A DNA stretch of 64,000 nt from Octopus sinensis (lineage: Eukaryota): positions 165,478,001 to 165,542,000 of the forward strand of contig NC_042998.1 of the NCBI RefSeq assembly GCF_006345805.1, read 5' to 3'. The notes beneath the pieces are model-generated. The model saw nothing but the letters and a program-made list of their open reading frames with translations. It was not told the DNA's origin and searched no databases. Below, one piece after another: positions 25,061 to 37,358 of the stretch; positions within the stretch are counted from its first letter, which is position 1; each line of letters opens with the position of its first letter. Made by a program: the position numbers and the translations under genes.

Positions 25061-26533
25061 TTTATGATGAAGCCCAAGTCAGTTCCCTCGTTGATACGGT
25101 GTATACCTTCAGTACTGATATCAGAATGGAGTTCGGACTGAGAAAGTGTGGGGTGTTAGTCTTGAAGAGAGGCAAAATCAAATGTATGGACGGGCTAACG
25201 ATACCGTCGGGGAAGGCTAAGAAGCAGATAGAAGAGACGGGCTATAAGTACTTGGGGATTTTGGAAATTGATAAATTGATGGAGAAAGAGATGACAGAAA
25301 AATTTAAGGTGGAGTACTTGCGCAGACTAAGAATGATCCTTAAATCGAAATTAAACGGATGGAATGAGATCGAAGCTATCAATACCTGGGCGGTTTCACT
25401 CCTTAGATATGGAGCAGGAGTAATCGCATGTACAGTAGAACAAAACAGCTTAAACAGAAAGACAAAGAAGTTGCTAACTAGATATAGGTCACTCCACCCA
25501 AAAAGTGACACAGGCAGACTATATATACCAAGAAAAAGAGGGGGAAGAGAACTTATTGGATGCGAACCCAGCATTAGAGCAGAAGAAAGCAATATAGTAT
25601 GGTATGTAAAAAATGCCACAGAACCGCTATTATTAGAAGATCAGGTGTGTGTAGGATGAAAGATTATAAAAATAAAGCACTATACAAGAAATTGAGAACG
25701 AATGAAACTAAAAATAGGTGGGTAAAGAAAAGAATGCATGGTCAATTTCATAGGGATATTGAAGATAAGACAGACAGAGAAAAAAGATGGTTGTGGATGA
25801 CTAAAAGTGATTTAAAACCTGAAACGGAGGCTCTAATCTATGCTGCCCAAGAGCAAGCGCTAAGAACAAACTACATAAACTACAGAATAGACAACACATC
25901 AGAAAGTGATAATTGCAGAATCTGTGGACAAAACGGTGAAACCGTATGGCATACTACCAGCCATTGTACGTCACACGCCCAGAAGGAATATAAGAGACGC
26001 CACGACAATATGGACACTTTGCAACAAGGGACTTGATAATGAAAAAAATTGGTACGACCACAAACCTGAAGTCATCGTCGAAAATAGAAATGCAAAGATC
26101 CTATGGGATTTTATGATTCAGTGCGACCATGGGATAGAGAATAGGAAGCCGGACATAGTCTTAACGGAGAAAGAAAACAAACTATGCTGGATCATTGATA
26201 TAGCCCGTCCAGCTGACAACAAGGTATGCGATAAGGAAGAAAGAAAAGTTGCTTGAAAAGTTAGCTTGGAAAGTAAAGCAGTTGTGGTCGATGAAAAAGG
26301 TAACAGTAATACCAATAATTGTCGGACCCCTGGGAACAGTGAGAAAAAATCTGGAGAAGTACGTGGAACAAATAGGGGTTGCAATAACGATGGAGCACTT
26401 GCAGAAAATAGCACTGCTTGGAGCCGCTCGAATACTCCGGAAGGTGCTCGAAAAATAAGGTGTTACCTTAGTTCACTGGTAGTGAACAGCTGACACTGTA
26501 GTACATCTCCAGCGTTAGAAGCTGTGCAAAGGC
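25061..26533 (+). mobile_element. 5'-truncated R4/Dong-like LINE (RT C-terminal half, CCHC knuckle, restriction-like endonuclease), pseudogenised
   Basis: MEFGLRKCGVL..., YKYLGILE, AINTWAVSLLRYGAG, RLYIPRKRGGR, CRICGQNGETVWHTTSHC (CCHC), YKRRHDN, KILWDFMIQCD...RKPDIVL...CWIIDIARPAD, VIPIIVGPLG. Broken by stops and frameshifts; preceded by (TAG)n and followed by (GAA)n. Confidence 0.92.
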
Positions 26534-26987
26534 AAGAAGAAGAAGAAGAAGAAGAAGAAGAAGAAGAATCTTTTCTTTATTCATTGAGAGTTCACATAAA
26601 TTATTTTAATTAACACTCATCAAAACGTTTGACCATCAGATGGAATACTTGAATGGTACTGGAAACATAGTTGCTGTTTATTGTTGTATCTGTGATATAT
26701 CTTGTGGTTTCCAATCTACATGCTTAAATGCTCTCCCCAGTGTTGATATAAACTCAGCATTAATAAAAGGAAGGCTTCTACATAAACCAATACAGATTAA
26801 TAGTTTAGACAACCCTCCAAAGCATCGTATCAAATTCTAACTTCCTTTAGCTTTCGATATTGATTGGCTATGGTTAAGAAGTTCACCTTACAATTACGTA
26901 GTTTCAAGTTCAGTCCCACCGTGCTAATAATTCAATCCTTCTGTGTACCAAGTTGCTAATACAACTTGGTACACGGAAGACTGCCCT

Positions 26988-27074
<87 letters not shown>

Positions 27075-27243
27075 CACACACATATATAGGGCAGTCTGAA
27101 ACAAGTAAAAGATAGTAAAAGAGTATATAATATATGTATGTATGTATATATATATATATATATATATATAAACGTGTGTGTATGAATGCATGCATATAGG
27201 CATATGTAAATATATCTACATTTTTGTGTATATATGTATATAT

Positions 27244-27622
27244 GTAGGCAAGTAGCTTGCTTACCAACCACATGGTTCCGGTTTCAGTCCCACTGCGCGG
27301 CACCTTGGGCAATGTATCTTCTACTACAGCTTCGGGCCGACCAAAGCCTTGTGAGTGGATTTGGTAGGTGGAAACTGAAAGAAGCCCGTCGTATATATGT
27401 ATATGTGTATTTATATATGTGTCTTTGTGTGTCTGTGTTTCTCCCCCAACATCGCTTAACAACCGATGCTGGTGTGTTTACATTCCCGTAACTTAGCAGT
27501 TCGGCAAAAGAGACCGATAGAATAAGTACTAGGCTTACAAAGAATAAGTCCTGTGCTCGATTTGATCGACTAAAAGGCGGTGCTCCGCAGTCAAACGACT
27601 GAAACAAGTAAAAGAGAGTAAA
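27244..27622 (+). mobile_element. SINE family A
   Basis: GTAGCTTGCTTACCAACCACATGGTTCCGGTTTCAGTCCCACTGCG... through the tail CGACTGAAACAAGTAAAAGAGAG. Confidence 0.88.
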
Positions 27623-28372
27623 GAGTATATATATGTATATATATATATGTGTGTGTGTGTGTGCGTGTTTGTAAATATATATATATATATGCGCGTGTGT
27701 GTGTGTGTGTGTGTGTAGGTGCGTGCGCATATAGACATATATACTCTAGTCTCTTAAAATGTGAAAGTAAAGCCCGTACAGCTCTAGTCTTACTAAACAA
27801 AACAAAAACAAAGCAAAAGAACAGAACTTCATTCCACCGTTCTTAGCTTCCATTATTTAATTTTGTTATCTAAATTTCCCTCGCAAGTGATACTGTTTCT
27901 TCATTTTGGTAATCTTATCATTCTCTGGTTTGATTTGTATTTTTGAGCTTTGTGTGTGTGCTACGCTTCAATTACATTTACCGACACAGAGGCATATACC
28001 AGTATGCTAAGCCATCATGAATATGCACTCAAATACACAAGTACACACGCACACACACGCATACAGTATTTATACACACATACAGAGACTCTTCTACGCA
28101 AACAGGCACACACAGAGAACATTCAAAGATCGCATCAGTCGCTACAACATCTGATAGCTGTATATAGATTACTGATAACAATATAATTATTAAGAGAAGA
28201 CAATATATCGATAATGCCAACACGTAGATTCACTGACATCACCCAATAATAAATATCACACGAATCCATTACACTGTTATCGCTACATCTAAATCTAAAT
28301 AACAGAATATATGATGTATACATGTGTATGTGCGTGTGTGTGTATGTATACATGTATATATATATTTACATG

Positions 28373-28439
<67 letters not shown>

Positions 28440-28550
28440 GATCTATACATATACATTCACACACACACACATTAGATAGATAGATATACAGATATGCACA
28501 ATGTGTATATAAATATGTATGCATACAAGCGTACACACACACATATATAG

Positions 28551-28619
<69 letters not shown>

Positions 28620-28753
28620 TATATATATATATATATACACACGTATATTTACGTAGGCAAATATGTGTGCGTGTGTGTGAGAGTGTATGTATGACGTATG
28701 TATGTATATATATATATGTATATATGTGTGTATGACAAAGAGGAAAATATATC

Positions 28754-28866
<113 letters not shown>

Positions 28867-29253
28867 CGTGAGTGTATATGTGTGTAAGGAATATGTATAT
28901 TACAAAACCAATTACAATAATAAATAAATGAAAAAACAACTGTCAGCGGTAAATGAAATGACATGACCACTAATTGGTTATTAACGTTAATTATATCTAA
29001 ACAGGATGTTATTATTAGCACCATGTAAAGGGACCCACCATCGCCATCTTTTATCTCTAAATGATATATTTTTCTCCCCGATCATAAATCAAAGAAATTA
29101 ATTAACTTTGCAGTATCTTTATTAGACGAATTTTGCAGTTTCCTTTTCGCGCACTTTTCCACTCTCAGTCTCTTCTTCTCTACTTCTATCTGCCACTTTC
29201 TTTTCTCATTCCCTCTTCTTTTCCCTTTCTCTCTGCCTCTTCCTTCCTTTCTT

Positions 29254-29300
<47 letters not shown>

Positions 29301-29741
29301 AACACACTTGCCCCCTCTCGTTCTACCTATTATATTATCTCTTTCTCTATTCCCTACCATATACCGTTCTGTTATAAACTTCTATTTCTCCTTTCCTCCC
29401 CCTCTCTCCTTTCCCCTCTCTCTTTCTTCCTCTCACACTCTCTTCTTCCCTTTCTCTACTCTCTCTTTTTTCGCTTCTCTCTCTCTATTTCTGTTCCACT
29501 CTCTTTCCTTCTCTATACCTGTTACATTATCTTTCTCATTCCCTGTTATTTCCTTTTCTTTTTTCTCCTTTTCCGTTTGCCCCCCCCTCTCTCTGTTATC
29601 TCTCTCTCCCTATGTCTCCTCTCCCTTTTACTCTCTTTCCGTCTCTCTCTCTCACACACACAGAGTTTCGTTCCCTTAATCTTTTCCATTTGTTTCTCCT
29701 CTCTCTCACTCTCTATTTGTTTCTTTTTCTCTCACCTCTCA

Positions 29742-29777
<36 letters not shown>

Positions 29778-29926
29778 CACTCCTGTGAAAACCCTTCTCG
29801 TTCATTTTCTATCAATCCTCTTGTTCTTTTCCTTATTACATGTCATTCTCCACTCTCTTACTCTCTCCCTAATTCTCAACCACCTTTCTTTCATTTTTCC
29901 TATATTCTATCATTTATTTGTTTATT

Positions 29927-29983
<57 letters not shown>

Positions 29984-30120
29984 ATGCAATTTACCTTTTC
30001 TCTGCTTCCTCAGACACATTCACTGTTTGGCATGTTGTGGAAGGCGGTCATTGGTAACACAATATGTTAAATCAGTTCGGTCTGTTTCACAGACACAAGC
30101 ACACACACACATACATACAT

Positions 30121-30175
<55 letters not shown>

Positions 30176-30526
30176 CACACACACACACACATGCACGTAG
30201 ATTAACATAGACACACAGACATACACATAAATACACATGCATAGAGCGTAGACATAGATACATATGCATACAGCACGCAGCACGCACAACACATCATACT
30301 GCAACAAAGGAACACTTTTTCGCTGAGAGTTGGGCGCAGACTTATTTCCGGTTAATTCAGCTCTAGCACCTAGTGTTGATTTACTATCAATAGACGTACA
30401 CATGCATATTCATGGGCAGGGTGGTGGAAGGAGGAAAACCTGCAATACAATATGTAAATCAAAAAGATGAACACAACATCAATATAGCTAACCAATAAGG
30501 GATACTTTCTGTGGTCGCACAACCCG

Positions 30527-30618
<92 letters not shown>

Positions 30619-30710
30619 GTACATGTGACTGAGAGAACAAACGAAGAAAGTAACAAGTCAACGCACTTGGTAAGAATTACATATATTTTAATGACACTGT
30701 TTAACTTTGC

Positions 30711-30764
30711 CCCGCATGACTTAAAGTTTCGTGCGTGTATAAGAGACACCGGTCTCATCAGATA
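30711..30764 (-). ncRNA. Minimal hammerhead motif, related to the 12738 motif, with degenerate stems
   Basis: Minus strand: ...UAU-CUGAUGA-G...GUGU(cucuuau)ACAC...C-GAAA-CUUUAAG-U-C-AUGCGGG. It has the same CUUUAAG stem III as 12738 and a GUC triplet; stems I and II are imperfect. Confidence 0.5.
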
Positions 30765-30769
30765 TAATT

Positions 30770-30935
30770 TTGCGGGATGGCCTAGTCGATTGCATCGATC
30801 CCGGAACTCAACTAGTACTTATTTTATCGACCTCGAAAGAATGAAAGGCAAAGTTGACCTCGGCGGAATTTGAACTCAAAACGTAACACGGACGAAATGC
30901 TGCAATGCATTTTGCAAGGCGCGCAAACACCAGGC
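30770..30935 (-). mobile_element. SINE family C, diverged
   Basis: GTACTTATTTTATCGACCTCGAAAGAATGAAAGGCAAAGTTGACCTCGGCGGAATTTGAACTC matches the reverse complement of family C. Confidence 0.8.
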
Positions 30936-31395
30936 AACACACACACGCACGCGCACGCACACACACACACGCGCACACGCACACGCACGCGCACGCGCGC
31001 ACACACACACATGTATATAAATGATGATTGCCTCATTTTGTCAGATGATAGCCGTCTCACATTCAGCTTGATTGTTCGTCTGCGGATATAACTTTTCACG
31101 CCACGCATCCATTGCTATAAAACTATAAAATATAAATGGATCAAGACATGAAATGATAGTGAAACATTTGCACGCTACTGGATTTAAGTGACAAACACTT
31201 ATAGAACACTTTTACCACTCTCTCGGTCGCCATAACAGTTTTCAGTGACAAGCATCGCAAGATGGCTGCTACTTTTTTGACTTCAAGTTTTATGTCAGAG
31301 CATCTTTCATCTAGAGGAGCTGCCTTACCTCTGGGGATTCTGAACTTGTAGGGAGCATGTAGTCATCATTTAATTACCATATGTGTGTGTGTGTT

Positions 31396-31447
<52 letters not shown>

Positions 31448-31456
<9 letters not shown>

Positions 31457-31715
31457 GAGGGCATTATACATACATGCCAGGAGGCATTCTACATACACGC
31501 CATACGCTAAGAGGGACAATCAGTCATTTCTACCAAAAATATTACTAATCCCACCGAATGCAATTTTTCAAAGAAAGACATTTAAAATATATAGACCTGT
31601 ATCACAGTGATTTCATACTTACGTAATCATCAGCAGGCCTGAATATACTATAAATAAACAACGACCCTGCTTCGCTTAAGCCGATCAGCTAACTGATCAA
31701 CATCAACGAAGAACA
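31448..31715 (-). repeat. Inverted partial copy of the 480-bp unit (left arm of a fold-back)
   Basis: 31448-31698 is the reverse complement of ~31716-31965, with a 17-nt spacer (31699-31715). The left end merges into (TA)n. Confidence 0.95.
31593..31640 (-). ncRNA. Type I hammerhead ribozyme in the inverted unit copy
   Basis: Reverse complement AGGCCUG-CUGAUGA-UUACGUAAGUAU-GAAA-UCACUGUGA-U-A-CAGGUCU; predicted cleavage 3' of position 31600 on the minus strand. Confidence 0.8.
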
Positions 31716-34700
31716 GATCAGTTAGCTGATCGGCTTAAGCGAAGCAGGGTCGTTGTTTATTTATAGTATATTCAGGCCTGCTGATGATTACGTAAGTATG
31801 AAATCACTGTGATACAGGTCTATATATTTTTAAATGTCTTTCTTTGAAAAATTGCATTCGGTGGGATTAGTAATATTTTTGTAGAAATGACTGATTGTCC
31901 CTCTTAGCGTATGGCGTGTATGTAGAATGCCTCCTGGCATGTATGTATAATGCCCTCTATATATAAATTAATATGTTCAATAAGAAATAATTATTTTCGA
32001 AATTTTTTCTCTTATGAGGTTTTTACGCTATCTACCTGACAATTTCTTGTTTGTTAAGTTTTCCTTATTAAGTAGTTGTCCTAATTGCTAAATTTTTATT
32101 CCGAAAAAACTTTTCCTCTCCCGAAATGCAATTCGTAAAAGTTTGCCATTCATCCGGATATAGTATATATAAGCCCACCCATGTGCTTCGTTGATGTTGA
32201 TCAGTTAGCTGATCGGCTTAAGCGAAGCAGGGTCGTTGTTTATTTATAGTATATTCAGGCCTGCTGATGATTACGTAAGTATGAAATCACTGTGATACAG
32301 GTCTATATATTTTTAAATGTCTTTCTTTGAAAAATTGCATTCGGTGGGATTAGTAATATTTTTGGTAGAAATGACTGATTGTCCCTCTTAGCGTATGGCG
32401 TGTATGTAGAATGCCTCCTGGCATGTATGTATAATGCCCTCTATATATAAATTAATATGTTCAATAAGAAATAATTATTTTCGAAATTTTTTCTCTTATG
32501 AGGTTTTTACGCTATCTACCTGACAATTTCTTGTTAAGTTTTCCTTATTAAGTAGTTGTCCTTAATTGCTAAATTTTTATTCCGAAAAAACTTTTCCTCT
32601 CCCGAAATGCAATTCGTAAAAGTTTGCCATTCATCCGGATATAGTATATATAAGCCCACCCATGTGCTTCGTTGATGTTGATCAGTTAGCTGATCGGCTT
32701 AAGCGAAGCAGGGTCGTTGTTTATTTATAGTATATTCAGGCCTGCTGATGATTACGTAAGTATGAAATCACTGTGATACAGGTCTATATATTTTTAAATG
32801 TCTTTCTTTGAAAAATTGCATTCGGTGGGATTAGTAATATTTTTGTGTAGAAATGACTGATTGTCCCTCTTAGCGTATGGCGTGTATGTAGAATGCCTCC
32901 TGGCATGTATGTATAATGCCCTCTATATATAAATTAATATGTTCAATAAGAAATAATTATTTTCGAAATTTTTTCTCTTATGAGGTTTTTACGCTATCTA
33001 CCTGACAATTTCTTGTTAAGTTTTCCTTATTAAGTAGTTGTCCTTAATTGCTAAATTTTTATTCCGAAAAAACTTTTCCTCTCCCGAAATGCAATTCGTA
33101 AAAGTTTGCCATTCATCCGGATATAGTATATATAAGCCCACCCATGTGCTTCGTTGATGTTGATCAGTTAGCTGATCGGCTTAAGCGAAGCAGGGTCGTT
33201 GTTTATTTATAGTATATTCAGGCCTGCTGATGATTACGTAAGTATGAAATCACTGTGATACAGGTCTATATTTTTTAAATGTCTTTCTTTGAAAAATTGC
33301 ATTCGGTGGGATTAGTATAATATTTTTGGTAGAAATGACTGATTGTCCCTCTTAGCGTATGGCGTGTATGTAGAATGCCTCCTGGCATGTATGTATAATG
33401 CCCTCTATATATAAATTAATATGTTCAATAAGAAATATTATTTTCGAAATTTTTTCTCTTATGAGGTTTTTACGCTATCTACCTGACAATTTCTTGTTAA
33501 GTTTTCCTTATTAAGTAGTTGTCCTTAATTGCTAAATTTTTATTCCGAAAAAACTTTTCCTCTCCCGAAATGCATTCGTAAAAGTTTGCCATTCATCCGG
33601 ATATAGTATATATAAGCCCACCCATGTGCTTCGTTGATGTTGATCAGTTAGCTGATCGGCTTAAGCGAAGCAGGGTCGTTGTTTATTTATAGTATATTCA
33701 GGCCTGCTGATGATTACGTAAGTATGAAATCACTGTGATACAGGTCTATATATTTTTAAATGTCTTTCTTTGAAAAATTGCATTCGGTGGGATTAGTAAT
33801 ATTTTTGGTAGAAATGACTGATTGTCCCTCTTAGCGTATGGCGTGTATGTAGAATGCCTCCTGGCATGTATGTATAATGCCCTCTATATATAAATTAATA
33901 TGTTCAATAAGAAATAATTATTTTCGAAATTTTTTTCTCTTATGAGGTTTTTACGCTATCTACCTGACAATTTCTTGTTAAGTTTTCCTTATTAAGTAGT
34001 TGTCCTTAATTGCTAAATTTTTATTCCGAAAAAACTTTTCCTCTCCCGAAATGCAATTCGTAAAAGTTTGCCATTCATCCGGATATAGTATATATAAGCC
34101 CACCCATGTGCTTCGTTGATGTTGATCAGTTAGCTGATCGGCTTAAGCGAAGCAGGGTCGTTGTTTATTTATAGTATATTCAGGCCTGCTGATGATTACG
34201 TAAGTATGAAATCACTGTGATACAGGTCTATATATTTTTAAATGTCTTTCTTTGAAAAATTGCATTCGGTGGGATTAGTAATATTTTTGGTAGAAAGACT
34301 GATTGTCCCTCTTAGCGTATGGCGTGTATGTAGAATGCCTCCTGGCATGTATGTATAATGCCCTCTATATATAATTAATATGTTCAATAAGAAATAATTA
34401 TTTTCGAAATTTTTTCTCTTATGAGGTTTTTACGCTATCTACCTGACAATTTCTTGTTAAGTTTTCCTTAAAGTAGTTGTCCTTAATTGCTAAATTTTAT
34501 TCCGAAAAAACTTTTCCTCTCCCGAAATGCAATTCGTAAAAGTTTGCCATTCATCCGGATATAGTATATATAAGCCCACCCATGTGCTTCGTTGATGTTG
34601 ATCAGTTAGCTGATCGGCTTAAGCGAAGCAGGGTCGTTGTTTATTTATAGTATATTCAGGCCTGCTGATGATTACGTAAGTATGAAATCACTGTGATACA

Positions 34701-37358
34701 GGTCTATATATTTTTAAATGTCTTTCTTTGAAAAATTGCATTCGGTGGGATTAGTAATTTTTGGTAGAAATGACTGATTGTCCCTCTTAGCGTATGGCGT
34801 GTATGTAGAATGCCTCCTGGCATGTATGTATAATGCCCTCTATATATAAATTAATATGTTCAATAAGAAATAATTATTTTCGAAATTTTTTCTCTTATGA
34901 GGTTTTTACGCTATCTACCTGACAATTTCTTGTTAAGTTTTCCTTATTAAGTAGTTGTCCTTAATTGCTAAATTTTTATTCCGAAAAAACTTTTCTCCCG
35001 AAATGCAATTCGTAAAAGTTTGCCATTCATCCGGATATAGTATATATAAGCCCACCCATGTGCTTCGTTGATGTTGATCAGTTAGCTGATCGGCTTAAGC
35101 GAAACAGGGTCGTTGTTTATTTATAGTATATTCAGGCTGCTGATGATTACGTAAGTATGAAATCACTGTGATACAGGTCTATATATTTTTAAATGTCTTT
35201 CTTTGAAAAATTGCATTCGGTGGGATTAGTAATATTTTTGGTAGAAATGACTGATTGTCCCTCTTAGCGTATGGCGTGTAGTAGAATGCCTCCTGGCATG
35301 TATGTATAATGCCCTCTATATATAAATTATATGTTCAATAAGAAATAATTATTTTCGAAATTTTTTCTCTTATGAGGTTTTTACGCTATCTACCTGACAA
35401 TTTCTTGTTAAGTTTTCCTTATTAAGTAGTTGTCCTTAATTGCTAAATTTTTATTCCGAAAAATCTTTTCCTCTCCCGAAATGCAATTCGTAAAAGTTTG
35501 CCATTCATCCGGATATAGTATATAAGCCCACCCATGTGCTTCGTTGATGTTGATCAGTTAGCTGATCGGCTTAAGCGAAGCAGGGTCGTTGTTTATTTAT
35601 AGTATATTCAGGCCTGCTGATGATTACGTAAGTATGAAATCACTGTGATACAGGTCTATATATTTTTAAATGTCTTTCTTTGAAAAATTGCATTCGGTGG
35701 GATTAGTAATATTTTTGGTAGAAATGACTGATTGTCCCTCTTAGCGTATGGCGTGTATGTAGAATGCCTCCTGGCATGTATGTATAATGCCCTCTATATA
35801 TAATTAATATGTTCAATAAGAAATAATTATTTTCGAAATTTTTTTCTCTTATGAGGTTTTTACGCTATCTACCTGACAATTTCTTGTTAAGTTTTCCTTA
35901 TTAAGTAGTTGTCCTTAATTGCTAAATTTTTATTCCGAAAAAACTTTTCCTCTCCCGAAATGCAATTCGTAAAAGTTTGCCATTCATCCGGATATAGTAT
36001 ATATAAGCCCACCCATGTGCTTCGTTGATGTTGATCAGTTAGCTGATCGGCTTAAGCGAAGCAGGGTCGTTGTTTATTTATAGTATATTCAGGCCTGCTG
36101 ATGATTACGTAAGTATGAAATCACTGTGATACAGGTCTATATATTTTTAAATGTCTTTCTTTGAAAAATTGCATTCGTGGGATTAGTAATATTTTTGGTA
36201 GAAATGACTGATTGTCCCTCTAGCGTATGGCGTGTATGTAGAATGCCTCCTGGCATGTATGTATAATGCCCTCTATATATAAATTAATATGTTCAATAAG
36301 AAATAATTATTTTCGAAATTTTTTCTCTTATGAGGTTTTTACGCTATCTACCTGACAATTTCTTGTTAAGTTTTCCTTATTAAGTAGTTGTCCTTAATTG
36401 CTAAATTTTTATTCCGAAAAAACTTTTCCTCTCCCGAAATGCAATTCGTAAAAGTTTGCCATTCATCCGGATATAGTATATATAAGCCCACCCATGTGCT
36501 TCGTTGATGTTGATCAGTTAGCTGATCGGCTTAAGCGAAGCAGGGTCGTTGTTTATTTATAGTATATTCAGGCCTGCTGATGATTACGTAAGTATGAAAT
36601 CACTGTGATACAGGTCTATATATTTTTAAATGTCTTCTTTGAAAAATTGCATTCGGTGGGATAGTAATATTTTTGGTAGAAATGACTGATTGTCCCTCTT
36701 AGCGTATGGCGTGTATGTAGAATGCCTCCTGGCATGTATGTATAATGCCCTCTATATATAAATTAATATGTTCAATAAGAAATAATATTTTCGAAATTTT
36801 TTCTCTTATGAGGTTTTTACGCTATCTACCTGACAATTTTTGTTAAGTTTTCCTTATTAAGTAGTTGTCCTTAATTGCTAAATTTTTATTCCGAAAAAAC
36901 TTTTCCTCTCCCGAAATGCAATTCGTAAAAGTTTGCCATTCATCCGGATATAGTATATATAAGCCCACCCATGTGCTTCGTTGATGTTGATCAGTTAGCT
37001 GATCGGCTTAAGCGAAGCAGGGTCGTTGTTTATTTATAGTATATTCAGGCCTGCTGATGATTACGTAAGTATGAAATCACTGTGATACAGGTCTATATAT
37101 TTTTAAATGTCTTTCTTTGAAAAATTGCATTCGGTGGGATTAGTAATATTTTTGGTAGAAATGACTGATTGTCCCTCTTAGCGTATGGCGTGTATGTAGA
37201 ATGCCTCCTGGCATGTATGTATAATGCCCTCTATATATAAATTAATATGTTCAATAAGAAATAATTATTTTCGAAATTTTTTCTCTTATGAGGTTTTTAC
37301 GCTATCTACCTGACAATTTCTTGTTAAGTTTTCCTTATTAAGTAGTTGTCCTTAATTG

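Noticed and set aside
31781-31900. C/D snoRNA reading of the unit (TGATGA ... CTGA) and a GTAAGT splice-donor/microexon reading
   Set aside because: There is no terminal stem and no coding frame; both motifs are parts of the hammerhead core and stem II.
32199-32235. Resemblance of GATC...CTGATC...AAGCGAAGCAGGGTCG in the array unit to 5S rRNA (GATCTCGGAAGCTAAGCAGGGTCG)
   Set aside because: The match is ~16 nt and to the vertebrate-type sequence as I recall it; there is no C box or 5S 3' half, and the downstream sequence is explained by the hammerhead.
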